Notes: a model not told the origin generated them from the sequence alone. A DNA stretch of 64,000 nucleotides from Pristiophorus japonicus (GCF_044704955.1 NC_091999.1:37262001-37326000); one strand, 5' to 3'; positions 1-13,044 are shown, counted from the first letter of the stretch. Made by a program: numbers and translations.

Positions 1-3000
1 GATAGATAAAATAGAACGAATGCACACAGAGGAGAATTGACAGATCATATAGAGAGGCTGTACACAGAACTACTGTACACAGACGGGAATGCAGAGATCA
101 GGTAGGACTTCGATACACAGAGGGGAATGGACAGATCAAATAGAACAGATGAATTAGAACTACTGTACATAGAAGGGAGGGGACCGTTCAGGTAGAACTA
201 CTGCACACAGAGGGGAAAGGGCAGATTAGATACAAATACTGAACATAGAGAGGAATGGGTTGATCTTATACAATTACTGTACAAAGAGTGGAATGGACAG
301 ATCAAATACACCTACTGCACACAGAAGGCAATGGTCAGATCAGATAGAACTATACATAGATATATATATATATAGATCAGATAGAACTACTGTACATAGA
401 GGAGAATGTACAGATCACATATAACTAGTCATTATCATCATAGGCGGTACCTCGAACAAAGATGACTTGCTCCCACAAGTTCACAGGTGTTTCGATGAAG
501 GACCCGATGTTCCAGTACTGAACTCCAATTGAGGTGGTTGAAGATGACTCGACGCGATTTTTTTTTAACGTGTGGTGACCGTTGCACACCAGCCACCACA
601 CGGGCTTGACAGAGCTCGGTCTTGGTCCAGTGCCAATGATTAACCAAGACGACTGGAGACCTGCTCTGCTGCATGGACCGAGTGCACACACATATTGCAG
701 TGTTGGCTGGTCCGTGCTGCTCCTAGGCCATAGGCTCTTCTGGGATCCGTACCCTCATCTGTCGCACCTCTGCCACGATCTCTCGCCGCTCATCCTCCCC
801 GACCTTCCCACTCCTCTGTAACTGGGCCCTGCCGATGTTCATGCCGATGCTCTAAAACGGAGTCGCCCATCTCAAAATCAGCGCACAATTAGAGTAGCTC
901 GTGCTGGAGGTTGAAGTGGTATGCTCCAGCTCTTTTATAGTGCGACCTGCGGAGCTGTTTTCCCGCAGGTCGGGGGACCACGATGTCCCAGGCCCGCCAA
1001 TCCAGCTATTTTATAGCGTGACCTGCGGAGCTGTTCTCTCGCTGTTCGGAGGCCACGATGTTCCAAGCCCGCCGTTCCAGCTCTGCTATAGCCCAACCTG
1101 CGGAGCTGTTCTCTCGCAGGTCGGGGATTCACGAATAGATAACTACTGCACATAGAGGGAAATGGGCAGATCAGATAAATCTACTAAATACAGGGGAACG
1201 AAAAGGTCAGATAAAACTACTGTACACAAAGGGGAATGGAGTGATCAATAGAATTACTGTACACAGAGAGGGATGCACATATCAAATAGAACTACTGTAC
1301 ACAAAGGGGAATGCTCAGATTAGATAGAACTAGTGCACTCAGTGAGTAATGGATAGATACACTAGGACTACTTTACACGGAGGTGAATGGGCAGATCAGG
1401 TAGAACGACTGCACACAGACGGGAGGGGAATGGACAGATCAGATAGAAGTACTGCACACAGATTTGAATAGAGGGTTCAGGTAGAATTCATGTACAGAGA
1501 GGAAGGGGGGTGGAGGGAATCAATAGATCAGAGAGAACCACTGCACAGATAGGGGACGTGAACAGAGAGAGCAGATAGAACTACTGCACACAGAAATGAA
1601 TGGGCAGATCTGACAGATCTACTGTACTCATAAGGGATTCGACAATTCAGATAGAACTGTGAACACATAGGTAAATGATCAGATAAGATAGAACTACTAC
1701 ACACAGACCTGAATGGGCAGATCAGATAGACCACTGTAAGCAGATTGGAATGGACAGGTCAGATATAACTATTGTACACAGAGCTGAATGGACAGATCAG
1801 GTAGAAATGCTATACTCAGAGGGGAATGGGCAGCTCAGATAGAAGTACTACACACAGAAGGGAATGGACAGATCAGGTAGAAATATTATACTCAAAGGGG
1901 AATGGGCAGCTCAGATAGAAGTACTACACACAGAGGGGAATGGACAGATCAGTTACAAATGCTATACTCAGAGGGGAATGAGCAGCTCAGATAGAAGTAC
2001 TACACACAGAAGGGAATGGACAGGTTAGGTAGAAATGCTATACTCAGAGGGAATGGGCAGCTCAGATCGAAGTACTACACACAGAGGGGAATGCACAGGT
2101 CAGGTACAAATGCTATACTCAGAGGGTAATGGGCAGCTCAGATAGCAGTACTACACACAGTGGGGAATGGACAGGTCAGATAGAACTACTGTAAACAGAG
2201 TGGAATGGACAGGTTAGATAGAACTACTATACACAGAGCTGAATGGGCAGATCAGATAGAACTACTGTAAACAGAGTGGAATGAACAGGTCAGATATAAC
2301 AATTGTACACTGAGCTGAATGGACAGATCAGATAGAACTACTGTACGCATTGCACAGATCAGATAGAATTACTGCACACAGAGGGGAATGGACAGATCAG
2401 ATAGAACTACTGTTGATAGAGAAGAATGGACTGAACAGGTAGAACTACTGCACGCAGAGGGGAGCGGAATGGACAGATCAAAAAGAACTACTGTACCCAG
2501 ACGGGAATGGAAAGATCAGATAGAGCTGCTGCACATAGGGAGGAGGGGCTTCGACAGATCAGATAGAAATACTGTACACAGAGGGTAATGAACAGATCAG
2601 ATAGAACTACTGTGCATAGAGAGGAATGTACAGATCAGTTAGAACAAATGTACAATGGGGAGGGTGCAATCTACATATCATATAGACTACTAAACAAAGG
2701 TCAATGAACAGGTCAGATAGAACTATTGTACACAGAGTTGAATGGACAGACCAGGTACAACTAATGTGCACAGAGAGGAATGGACAGATCCAATAGAACT
2801 GGTGTACATAGAGGGGAATGTTCAGATTAGATAGAATTACTGCACGCAGAGGGGAATGGAGAGCTCAGATATAAATGCTGTATACAGAGTGGAATGGGCA
2901 GATCAGATTGAAAATTGCACACAGACGGGAATGGGCATGTCTAAGAGAATTACTATAGACAGAGGTCAATGGAAAGATCAGACAGAACTATTGTAGCAAG

Positions 3001-3375
3001 AGGGGAATGGGGATAGACCGTATAGAACTACTGAACACAAAGGGGAATGAACTGGTCAGATTGAACTAGTGTACACAGAAGGGACTGGACAGGTCAGATA
3101 GAATTACTGAACACAGGGGAATTAACAGGTCTGATAGAACTACTGGACTCAAAGTGGAATGTACAGGTCAGACAGAACTACTGTGCAAAGAAGTGAATGC
3201 ACAGATGAGATAGAACTACGGTGCTCAGAGAGAAATGGAAAAATTAGATAGACCTACTGCAAACGGAGTGGAGTTGTCAGATCAGATAGAACTATTGTAC
3301 ATAGAAGGAATTGTACCAATCAGAAAGATCTGCTGTAAATAGAGGATAATGGACAGATCAGATAGAACTACGATA
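1..3375. repeat. Minisatellite array, ~39-40 bp unit (GAATGGACAGATCAGATAGAACTACTGTACACAGAGGGG-like), interrupted at ~428-1138
   Basis: Dozens of degenerate tandem copies are directly readable; the short ORFs here are repeat translations. Confidence 0.95.
428..1138 (-). mobile_element. Non-autonomous composite retroposon with RTE-type 3' tail and GC-rich 5' tandem repeats (copy 1)
   Basis: The minus-strand end GCAAGTCATCTTTGTTCGAGGTACCGCCTATGATGATAATGAC resembles the RTE tail at 10898-10940. The core is shared with 29500-29620. Candidate TSD ATAACTA at 421-427 and 1139-1145. Confidence 0.75.
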
Positions 3376-3557
3376 TACTAGTGACGGAGGCTCAAACTGG
3401 CCACTCTACATCTGTCTGTCAGTCATTAGCCTGGTTACCTTTATAAAGGCATTACGCGCATCCAGCTGCAATTGTATATACATATTGTACATTTATTATT
3501 AATTAAGGTACATGTGCATTAGAATGAACAGAACAACGTCTAAACTACAAGTACTCG

Positions 3558-4020
3558 GTGTCAGCCATGCCTCAGGTGGTAGAACTCTCGCCTTTGAGTC
3601 AATATATTGTGCGTTCAATTCTTCACATACAGAAGAATGCACTTGAGCACAAAATATAGGCGGACCCTGCCAATGTTAGTAGTGAGGGAGTAATGTAACG
3701 TCGGAGGTGTCAGCTTTCGGATGTGCTGTTAAACCGAGGAATTGTTTGACAACTATGGAGGATATAATGGATCCCGATATTTTGAAAAACAACAGGGGAA
3801 TTCTCCTGTTATCCTGGTCAACATTTACCACTCAAACAAACTTACTAAAGCAGACTATCTGGTCATTATCACATTGCTGTTTGTGAGATTTTGCTGTTCA
3901 AAAATTCGCTGCTGCGTTCCCGACATTACAATATGACTACATTCCAAAAGTACTTCATTGCCTGTTAACCACTTCAGGATGTCGTGAAATCCGCGGTATC
4001 AATACTTTTTTTTCTTTTCT
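3558..4020 (+). mobile_element. tRNA-derived Deu-domain SINE (SacSINE1/AmnSINE1-like)
   Basis: A/B-box-like head (GCCTCAGGTGGTAG...GTTCAATTC), Deu-like core (GAGGGAG...GTCGGAGGTG...TTTCGGATG...GTTAAACCGAGG), and a 3' tail ending in a T-rich run; homologous to 60502-61080. Confidence 0.65.
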
Positions 4021-4186
4021 AATTTAACTGCATTTGTGCAGTTGATTATATGGTTATTATTCATGAAAGTGAATATATATTAGAATTAACAGTACAAGGT
4101 CTGATCATATATACAGGAACTAGCTCAACCTCGCCTCTGATCACAATGCTCCACTAAAGTGCTGGAATGTTGAGCGATGCTATGAC

Positions 4187-4225
4187 CGTTCTTGTACCAT
4201 TCCAGCCAAGCTCCGTACCTCTGTG
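4187..4225 (-). promoter_or_regulatory. Recombination signal sequence, 23-bp spacer (CACAGAG-23-ACAAGAACG)
   Basis: Heptamer 4219-4225, spacer 4196-4218 (23 nt), nonamer 4187-4195, directly after the V coding end. Confidence 0.9.
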
Positions 4226-4536
4226 GGGCTCAATGCATTGTAATACTTCGCAGAGTCTCGCAGTTGTGTTTCAGCCGTATTCAGCGGGCTGGTTCCACTC
4301 GAATCATTGAACTTCGCTGAAAAACGGTCCGCTTTAAATCTCACTCCGTTCTCTTTGTATCTGTTTCTATGCAGCAGATATTCCAAAGAACAATTGCAAT
4401 ACTGGCGGTACCAGAATAGGTAAACCGTACCCAAGCTTGTAGTTGTATAATCGTTGTGCAAATGAACATCGTTTCCTTTACTTGATGTGTCTGTGTCTGT
4501 GCCAGTGTCTGTGAAACGGAGTCTCTCGACCATGCC
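4226..4536 (-). pseudogene. T-cell receptor alpha/delta-type V segment pseudogene (V exon)
   Basis: Translation contains DSVSQT (other frame), then YLFWYRQY, LEYLLHR, DRFS and DSAKYY[N]AL. There is a frameshift in FR1, both canonical Cys codons read AAY (Asn), the splice acceptor looks mutated, and a 23-RSS follows. Confidence 0.85.
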
Positions 4537-5727
4537 CCGGAAGAGCCCAGAGCGATACTAAATTAAACAATGTCACTTCACTGTGTCTATCGCCCAGAAT
4601 CAGCCCGTCACCCCTAACACTTGCCTGAGATGTAACTCTGGGCGGTTAATCAGAAATTAAACAGAATTGCCTCTCAGCTGCAAAGGGAATGCGTTGGACC
4701 GACTGATTAAAAGTTCATTTAATTAACTATGAGCACCTTCCAACGGGATCAATTCCTGACCGTCACGTCTTGTGACGAGGCTTTAAGACACCTGTGTCTA
4801 TCAAAGTCCACCATTGCCCCGGCGGGGTGGGGCGGGTTTCTCTGCCATTTTCTTGAATCGCATCTCAGACCATCCTTTTTCATTCACAAAGGGAATTTGT
4901 CGAGTTTCCCCAAACTGTGCTCAGTGTTGAGTCAAGGTGGATCCAGAAGTGTTTCTTTATTTCAGGTCAATCTGTTGATCTTCCTGTGCTCATGGCATTG
5001 ACAGATTAAATGTATGGTATAGATGTGCAACACGCTGTTATGTAACTTGCGAACCTACCCGTTAATAGAGCTGCAGCTGTACGAACAATTACAAAATCGC
5101 AATGAATATGTTTGCAGAGAGTTGTAGGCACATTTTAACAGAACGGTTTGAACCTGTATTGTTTTGGTCAAGATTGGGAAGGATGCCTCTCTGTCGAGTG
5201 GTTCTTTCTAGTCGGAGTAAGCAAGTGACATCCAACTTGTTCACGGGTTTTTTGTTCTCCAATTCATCCAATCAGTTCACAGTTCCATTATTCACCAATT
5301 CAATCAGCTCACTGCCCTTTTTTCTGCAATTCTTCCAATCAGCTCACGGATCCTTTGTTCTCCAATTCATTACATCGGAGCGGGGAACAAGGAAAGGAGT
5401 GAAATTGTTTTCACAACAGCAAAATGCATAGGGATTAATACAAATGTTGGCCCAATAATAGGATCAGTATGTGTGGGTGGCACGGCGAAGGGAAGTAGTT
5501 AATGTTGTTCTGGTATCAGTGCCAGAGGCTTCCACTAAAAGAACAGCTCACGAACCATTAGAACCTGCTGATATCAAGAAAATATTACATAGAATTTCAC
5601 AGAAGTTACAGCATATAAATTTGTCATTTGGCCAAACTAGATTTCATACTATGTTTTTTTTTCCATTATCAGTTCACAATCCAGTTCACAGATCTGATTC
5701 AATGAGAGTGAGTGAGAGCATTTTGCT

Positions 5728-5766
5728 GGTTTTTGTACGGATTGACTGGTCCCCTGTAATAATGTG
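5728..5766 (-). promoter_or_regulatory. Recombination signal sequence, 23-bp spacer (CACATTA-23-ACAAAAACC)
   Basis: Heptamer 5760-5766 with CAC intact, 23-nt spacer 5737-5759, consensus nonamer 5728-5736. Confidence 0.93.
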
Positions 5767-6200
5767 GAGCGCAGCGCACACTGATGCACGGCAGAATCAG
5801 AGACAGGAGTCGCGGACACATTTAAAGCAACCGTTTTCATGCTTTGAGCCGAATCATCAGAGAACCGGTTTGGGAAATCAGGAGACTGATCTCCCAGTTC
5901 CTTGCTGTATCTCCTCAGTAAATATCTCGGAGCTTCCTCGGGATACTGGATGTACCAGAAGAGGTACAGAAATCTATCGGATGTGGAGGAACTGCAGTTC
6001 AGTATTATGGTCTGTTCTTCCTTAACCTTTAGTTCAGACGGATCCTGGAACACTGATTTTTTGCCACTCGTTCCTGTAACAAAAAAAAAGTGTTTAAAAT
6101 ATCTGGGAATAAATATAGCCCATGAACACACACTGAGCATTTAAATAGACTCACCGGGCAGCACGACCATTATTAAGAGTAAGGAATGCGGGATGCACAT
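5767..6200 (-). CDS. T-cell receptor alpha/delta-type V gene segment: leader exon 6155-6200, intron 6074-6154, V exon 5767-6073 (open frame)
   Basis: Leader MCIPHSLLLIMVVLP-G with GTGAGT donor and TTTTGTTACAG acceptor. V exon TSGKKSVFQDP...IILNC...YLFWYIQYPEEAPRYLLRR...NRFS...DSAVHQCALR retains both Cys and the Trp; YYC is altered to HQC. Confidence 0.92.
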
Positions 6201-6764
6201 GGTGCCTGGTTTAGATTTCGATTGAACATAACAGAATGTTTAAAAATGTTGTGATATTAAAGGTTAAATCCATATCAGGGGCAGGCTTCACCTATTAAGC
6301 AACTGAGGGGCGTTCCCAGGGACAGTATTGTCTTCAGTTTTGCACCAATGAATGTTAGTCGTGTCCAATTACTGCAGGATCTCTCCAAACTCTTTCTTTG
6401 CCTGTCTGTGTGTCATTGTGTCTATTTAACTTGAGCTGCTTATCTGTGTCACGGTCTCTCTCTGTCTCTGCCTTTGTCTCGTTCTCTCTCTCTCTCTTTC
6501 TCTCTCTCGGTCTCCCAAGCTCTGTCTTTTCCTCCCATTCTTTCTCTGTCACTTTCTCATTAATGTTAGAAGTGAAGAGACTCTTATAGTCAATGTGTCC
6601 CATTAATATTTGCATTCTTAAGAATATGAGCTTCATGACACCCGCACAAGAAAAGCAGAAAAAAATGCACAGAATTTTTCACACCTTTGGAAATTATTGA
6701 CGTATATTTAGTTGAATTTTGTTTGAGATGCAAGTTTTTAAAAGTGCCCCGTACAAGCCTCAAA

Positions 6765-7998
6765 CCGTCACCCAGCATAATGTCATCTGCAAACATGGAG
6801 ATATTAAACTCAATTCCCTCATCCAAATCAATAATGTATATTGGAAAAAGCTGGGGTCCCAGCACTGAGCCCTGCGGCACCCCACTTGTCACTGCCTGCC
6901 ATTCTGAAAAGGACCCCTTTATCCCGACTCTCTGCTTTCTGTCTGCCAACCAGTTCTTTATCCACGTCAGTACATTACCCCCAATACCATATGATTTAAT
7001 TTTGTCGAAATACAGCACATGCACCGGTTATTCATGATCCACTCTCCCAGTTACATCCTCAAGAAATTCTATAAGGTTAGTCAATCAGGATTTCCTTTTC
7101 ATAAATCCATGCTAAGTTTGACAGATCCCGTCACTGCTTTCCAAATGTGCTGCTATTTCATCTTTAATAATTGATTCCAACATTTTCCCCAATACTGATG
7201 ACTGGCTAACTGGTCTATTATTACCTGCCTTTCCTCTCCCTACCTTCTTAAAAAATGATGTTACGTTAACTGCCCTCCAGTCCATAGGAACCGATCCAGA
7301 GTCGATAGACTGTTGGAAGATGATCACCAATGCATCCACTATTTCTAGGGCTACTTCCGAAAATATTATGCGATGCAGACTATTAGGCCCCAGGGATTTA
7401 TCGGCCTTTCCTAACAAGATTTCCCACCTAATAAGGATTTCCTTCAGTTCCTCCTTCTCACTGCATCCTCGGTCCCTTAATATTTCCGGAAGGTTACTTG
7501 TCTCTTCTTTTGTGAATACAGAACCAAAGTATTTGTTTAACTGGTCCACCATATTTTTGTTCACCATTATAAATTCACCTGAAGCTGATTGCAAGGGACC
7601 TACGTTTGTCTCACTGATCTTTTTCTCTTCACATCTATAGAAGCTTTTGCAGTCAGATTTTATGCTCCCAGAAAGCTTCCTCTCATATTCTATTTTCCCT
7701 CTCGTAATTAAACCCTTTGTCCTCCTCTGCAGTATTAAAACATTCTCCCAGTCCTCAGTTTTGGTGCTTTTTCAGCCCAATGTATGTGCCTCTTCCTTGG
7801 ATTTACCACAATATTTAATTTCCCTTGTTAACCACGGTTGAGCCACCTTCCCCGTTTTATTTTTACTCTAGACAGGGATGTACAATTGTTGAAGTTCATC
7901 CATGCGATCTTTAAACGTTTGCCATTGCCTATCCACCGTCAACCGTTTAAATATCACTCGCCAGTCTATTCTAGCCAATTCATGTCTCATAGCATCGA
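6765..7998 (-). mobile_element. CR1-clade LINE, ORF2 reverse transcriptase portion (3' part of an element split by an RTE insertion)
   Basis: Fragments W.KNWLADRKQRV, SGVPQGSVLGP, FADD, KSLGPNSLH, VPMDWRAVNV; the sequence resumes at 10941. Confidence 0.92.
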
Positions 7999-10940
7999 AA
8001 CACACTCGCTCCAAACACTGGCAACTGCTCGACTATGCCATGGTCCGAGCCAGGGATCGCAAGGATGTGCGCATCATCCATGCCACGACAGGAGCTGACG
8101 ACCACTTGATGGACCACCACCTAGTCAGATCCATGATTGACATCAACATAGCCCCAAAGCGAAGGGGGCAGCAGAAGCAGTGTTGCAAAAAGTCAATGCC
8201 GGGGCACTTAAGGACCCAGCTAAGACAGCCATTTACAGTCAGCGCCTCAAAGCTAACCTGGCGTGTCTTGATAACCCTGAGATGCAGGATGCTCATAGTG
8301 CTTGGTCTGTCATTACCAACACCTTGTTCCGCCAGAGAGACAAATACAAGGCATCGTGGCAAGATGCTCTCTCCAAGCAGTGGTACCTGCTTGACTATCG
8401 CATCGTCCGAGCCAGTGATCGCAACGATGTGCCCATCACCTGTGCCAATGCAGGAGCTGACGACTGCTGGGCGGACCGCCGCCGAATCTGATCCATCATT
8501 CACATGAACATAGCCCCAAAGCGAAGGAGGCAGCATAAGCAGTGTTGCAAAAAAGTCAATGCCGAGGCACTTAAGGACCCAGCTAAGAGAGCCCTTTACA
8601 GTCAGTGCCTCACAGGTAACTTGGCGTGCCTTGATGACCGAGAGACGCAGAACGCCCACGCGCTTGGTCTGCCCTCCAGGCCTCCATAACCAGTATGTGC
8701 AAGGAGACGCTTGGTCACTCAACCACGAAACACCAGGACTGGTTTCATGAGAATGATGAGGAGATTCAAGAACTAATAGACAGCAAGTGCAGGGCATTTC
8801 TGAGCCTTAAATAGCAACCCAACTCTGGAGCAGCAAAGCAGCATTACAGACAGCTAAAGGTTAAGGTTCAACAAAAAACCCGGGACCTAAAGAACAGGTG
8901 GTGGATGGAGAAAGCACAGGAGATACAGCAGCTGGCCAACAGCCATGATGTGCGAGGATTCTTCACCGCAGTCAAGGCCACATACGGACCAAACTCCCAA
9001 GGCCCCACCCCACTCCTGGCCAAGAACAGGGAAACACTCATCAAGGACAATGAGGCAGTCAGGACCTGCTGGAAGGAACACTTCGAAGATATCCTCAACC
9101 GAGACACTTGTTTTTGACTCGACCTTTCTCGACTCCAATCCACAGCATGCTACCAGCCACCACCTCAGTGAGACCCCAACACTGCATGAGGTAGAAAATG
9201 CCATCAGGCAGCTAAAAAACAACAAGGCTATCGGAGCGGATGGAATCCCTGCTGAAGCACTGAAGTATGGTGGAGAGCCACTCCTGGCGCGAATACACAA
9301 CCTCACTTCTCTGGCCTGGAGGAAGGAGAGCATGCCCGGAGATCTTAGAAATGCAGTGACCATGACCATCTTTAAAAAAGCGGACAAGTCGGACTGCGGC
9401 AAATACAGAGGAATCTCCCTGCTATCAACCACTGGGAAAGTCGGTGCTAGAATCCTCCTCAATTATCTTCTCCCCGTGGCTGAGGAGCTCCTCCCGGAGT
9501 CGCAGTGCAGATTCCGTCCTCTCAGAGGCACAGCAGACATGATTTTTGTAGCGCGACAGCTGCAGGAAATATGCAGGGAACAGCGCCAGCCCGTATAAAT
9601 GGCCTTCTTCGACCTTGCAAATGCATTTGACACTGTCAACCTCGATGGTCTATGGAGCATTCTCCTCCGTTTCGGATGCACCCAAAAGCACGTCACCATA
9701 CTCCGCCTGCTGCACGACGACATGCAAGCCGTGATCCTTAACGATGGATCCATTACAGACCCAATTCATGTCCGGACTGGGACCAAGCATGGCTGCGCCA
9801 TTTTCCCAACGCTCTTCTCAATCTTCCTCACTGACATGCTCCACCAAACAGTTGATAATCTCCCCGCTGGAGTGGAGCTAAACTACAGAACCAGTGGGAA
9901 GCTGTTCAACCTTCGCCATCTCCAGGCCAGGTCCAAGACCACACCAACCGCAGTCGTCGAGCTACAGTATGCGGACGATACCTGCATCTGTGCATAAAGA
10001 GAGGCTGAACTCCAGGACATAGTCGCCATATTTACGAGGCGTATGAAAGCATCAGACTTAAGCTAAACATTAGTTAGACAAAGGTCCGACACCAGACTGT
10101 CCTTGCCGTACAGCATTGTCGCACAAATAACAAGATCCATGGCGTGGCCCTGGACAACGAGGACCACTTCCCCTATCTCGGGAGCATCCTATCAACAAGA
10201 GCAGACATTGATAATGAGATCCAACAACGCATCCACTGCGCCAGTGCAGCCTGAGGAAAAGAGTGTTTGAAGATCAGTCCTTCAAAACTATAACCAAGCT
10301 CATGGTCTACAAGGCCATAGTAATATCCACCCTCCTGTATGGCTCAGAGACGTGGACCATGTACAGTAGGCACCTGAAGTCTCTGCAGAAATACAACCAG
10401 CGGTGTCTCTGCAAGATCCTGCAAATCACCTGGGAGGACAGACGCACAAACATTAGCGTCGTCATCCAGGCCAACATGTCCATCATTGAAGCACTAACCA
10501 CATTTGATCAGCTCCACTGGGCAGGTCACATAGTTCGCAAGCTACACACGAGGCTCCCAAAGCAAGTGCTCTAATTGGAACTCGTCCACGGCAATCGAGC
10601 CAAAGGAAGGCAGAGGAAACGTTTCAAAGGCACCCTCATAGACATCCCCACCGACATCTAGGAGTCCTTGGCCGTCGACTTCCTTAAGTGGAGGATGTGC
10701 ATTCGGGAGGGCGTGAGCTCCTCCTGCATCGTCACAGAGAGCATGCAGAAATCAAGTGGAGGCAGCGTAAGCAGCGTGCGGCAATCCAGGCTCCCTGCCC
10801 ACCCTTTCCCTCAATGACTACCTGTCCCACTTGTGACAGAAACTGTGGTTCTCGTATTGGACTGTACAGCCACTAAATAACTCATGTAAAGAGTGAAAGC
10901 AAGTCTTCCTCGATCCCGAGGGACTGCCTATGATGATGAC
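7999..10940 (+). mobile_element. RTE-clade LINE, 5'-truncated and degenerate, nested in CR1
   Basis: KAIGADGIPAE, YRGISLLS, LPESQC.FR..RGT.DMIF, AFFDL..AFDTV, LQYADD, LLYGSETWT, C-terminal CPTC..C...H; tail GGACTGCCTATGATGATGAC. Confidence 0.93.
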
Positions 10941-13040
10941 CTTTCCTTAAGTTCAGGACACTAGTCTCTGAATTAACTGTGTCACTCTCCACCTTAATAA
11001 AGTATTCTACCATATTATGGTCACTCTACCCCAAGAGGCCTCACACAAGATTGCTAATTAGTCCTTTCTCATTACACATCACCCAGTCTAGGATGCCCAG
11101 CCCTCTAGTTGGCTCCTCGACATATTGGTCTAGAAAACCATCCCTAATATACTCCAGGAAATCCTCCTGCACCGTATTCCTACCAGTTTGCTTAGCCCAA
11201 TCAATATATAGATTAAAGTTGCCCATGAAAATTGCTGAACTTTTATTGCACGCATCCCCAGTTTCTTGTTTGGTGCTGTCCCCAACCTCACTACTAGTGT
11301 TTGGTGGTCTGTACACAACTCCCACTAGCGTTTTCTGTCCTTTGGTATTCCGTAGTTCCACCCATACCGATTCGACATCATCCAAGCTAATGTCCTTCCT
11401 TACTATTGCATTAATTCCCTATTTATCCAGCAACGCCACTTCACCTGCTTTTCCTTTTTGTCTATCCTTCCTAAATGTTGAATGCCCCTGGATGTTGAGT
11501 TCCCAGCCTTGGTCACCCTAAAGTTATGTCTCCGTGATACCAATAATATCATATCTGTTAACTGTTATTTGTGCAATTAGTTCGTCCACCTTATTGCGAG
11601 TACTCCTCGCAATGAGGCACAGAGCCTTCAGACTTGTCTTTTTAACAGCCTTTGCCCCTTTCGAATTTTGCTGCAAAATGGTCCTTTTTGCTTTTTGCCT
11701 TGGATTTCTCTGCCCTCCACTTTTACTTTTCTTCTTTCTATTTTTTGCTTCTGCCCCCATTCTACTTTCCTCTGTCTTCCGCATAGGTTCCCATTCTCTG
11801 CCATATCAGTTTAAGCCCTGCCCAACAGCACTAGCAAACACTGCCCCTCGGAAATTGGTTCTGGTCTTGCCCAGGTGCTGACTGTCCGGTTTGTACTGGT
11901 ACCACCTCCCCCAGAACCCGTTCCAATGTCCCAGGAATTTGAATCCCTCCCTTCTGCACCACTCCTCAAGCCAGATATTCTTCTGAGCTATCTTGCGATT
12001 CCTAATCTGAATAGCACCTGGCACTGGTAGCCATCCTGAGGTTACTATCTTTGAGGATCTAATTTTTAATTTAGCTCCTATCTCCCCAATTTCCTTTTGT
12101 AGGACCTCACCCCGTTTTTTACCTATATCGTTGGTACCGATATGCACCACGACACTGGTTGTTTACCCTCCACCTTCAAAATGTCCTGCACCCACTCCGA
12201 GACATCCTTGACCCTTGCACCAGGGAGACAACATACCATCCTGGAGTCTCGGTTGCAGAAACGTCTATCTATTCCAATTACAATATAATTCCCTATCACT
12301 ATAACTCTCCCACTCTTTTTCCTGCCCTCCTGTGCAGCAGAGCCACCCGCGGTGCCATGAAGCCGACTGCTGCTGCTCTGCCCTGATGAGTCATCGCCCT
12401 CAACAATACCCAAAGCGGTGTATCTGTTTTGCAGGGGGATGACCGCAGGGGACTCCTGCACTACCTTCCTTCTACTGATCTTCTTGTTGGTCACCCAGCC
12501 CCTATTTGACTGTGTAACCTTTACCGGCGGTAAGACCAACTCACTAAACTTGCTATTCACATCATCCTCAGCATCGCGGATGCTCCAGAGTAAATCCACC
12601 CGCAACTCCAGTGCCGCAATGCAGTCTCTCCGCACATGTAGTCATCAGGGACACTGGATACGTCCCTGACTTCCCACATACGACATGAGAAGCATAATAC
12701 GTGTCCGAGCTCGCCTGCATGACTTAACCCTCAGATTAACTTAATTTGGCAACAATAATGCTAAACGTTACTTACTGATAAAAAAAAGAAAAACTACTCA
12801 CCAATCAACAGCCAATCACTAACATCCCTGGCTGTGACGTCACCTTTCGATTTATTTCTGCTTCCTTTTTGCCTCCGTGCTGCAGCTGCACCAGCTGGCC
12901 TTCTCGAACTCCGCGGACTCCTGACTGTTGGACCTTTATAGGCCGCTGGCTGCTCGAACTCCCGCCTCCTCGAACTCCCCGGACTCCCGACTGTTGTGTC
13001 TTTTAATAGCCGCTGGCTGCTCGAACTCCTGCCTCCTCGA
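10941..13040 (-). mobile_element. CR1-clade LINE, 5' part (ORF1 SGNH esterase-like plus APE endonuclease)
   Basis: ORF1 motifs VIVIG..IV, CCLPGARVKDV, VHIGTNDIG; endonuclease motifs DIIGITET, VGVVYRPP, MGNFN, PTRG..ILD. Confidence 0.9.
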
Positions 13041-13044
13041 TCTC

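Noticed and set aside
1-3375. Regular ~40 bp repeats resembling a CRISPR array
   Set aside because: No unique spacers and no cas genes; the context is vertebrate. It is a degenerate minisatellite.
5471-6025. 184-aa plus-strand ORF
   Set aside because: Antisense shadow of the TCR V exon with no recognisable features.
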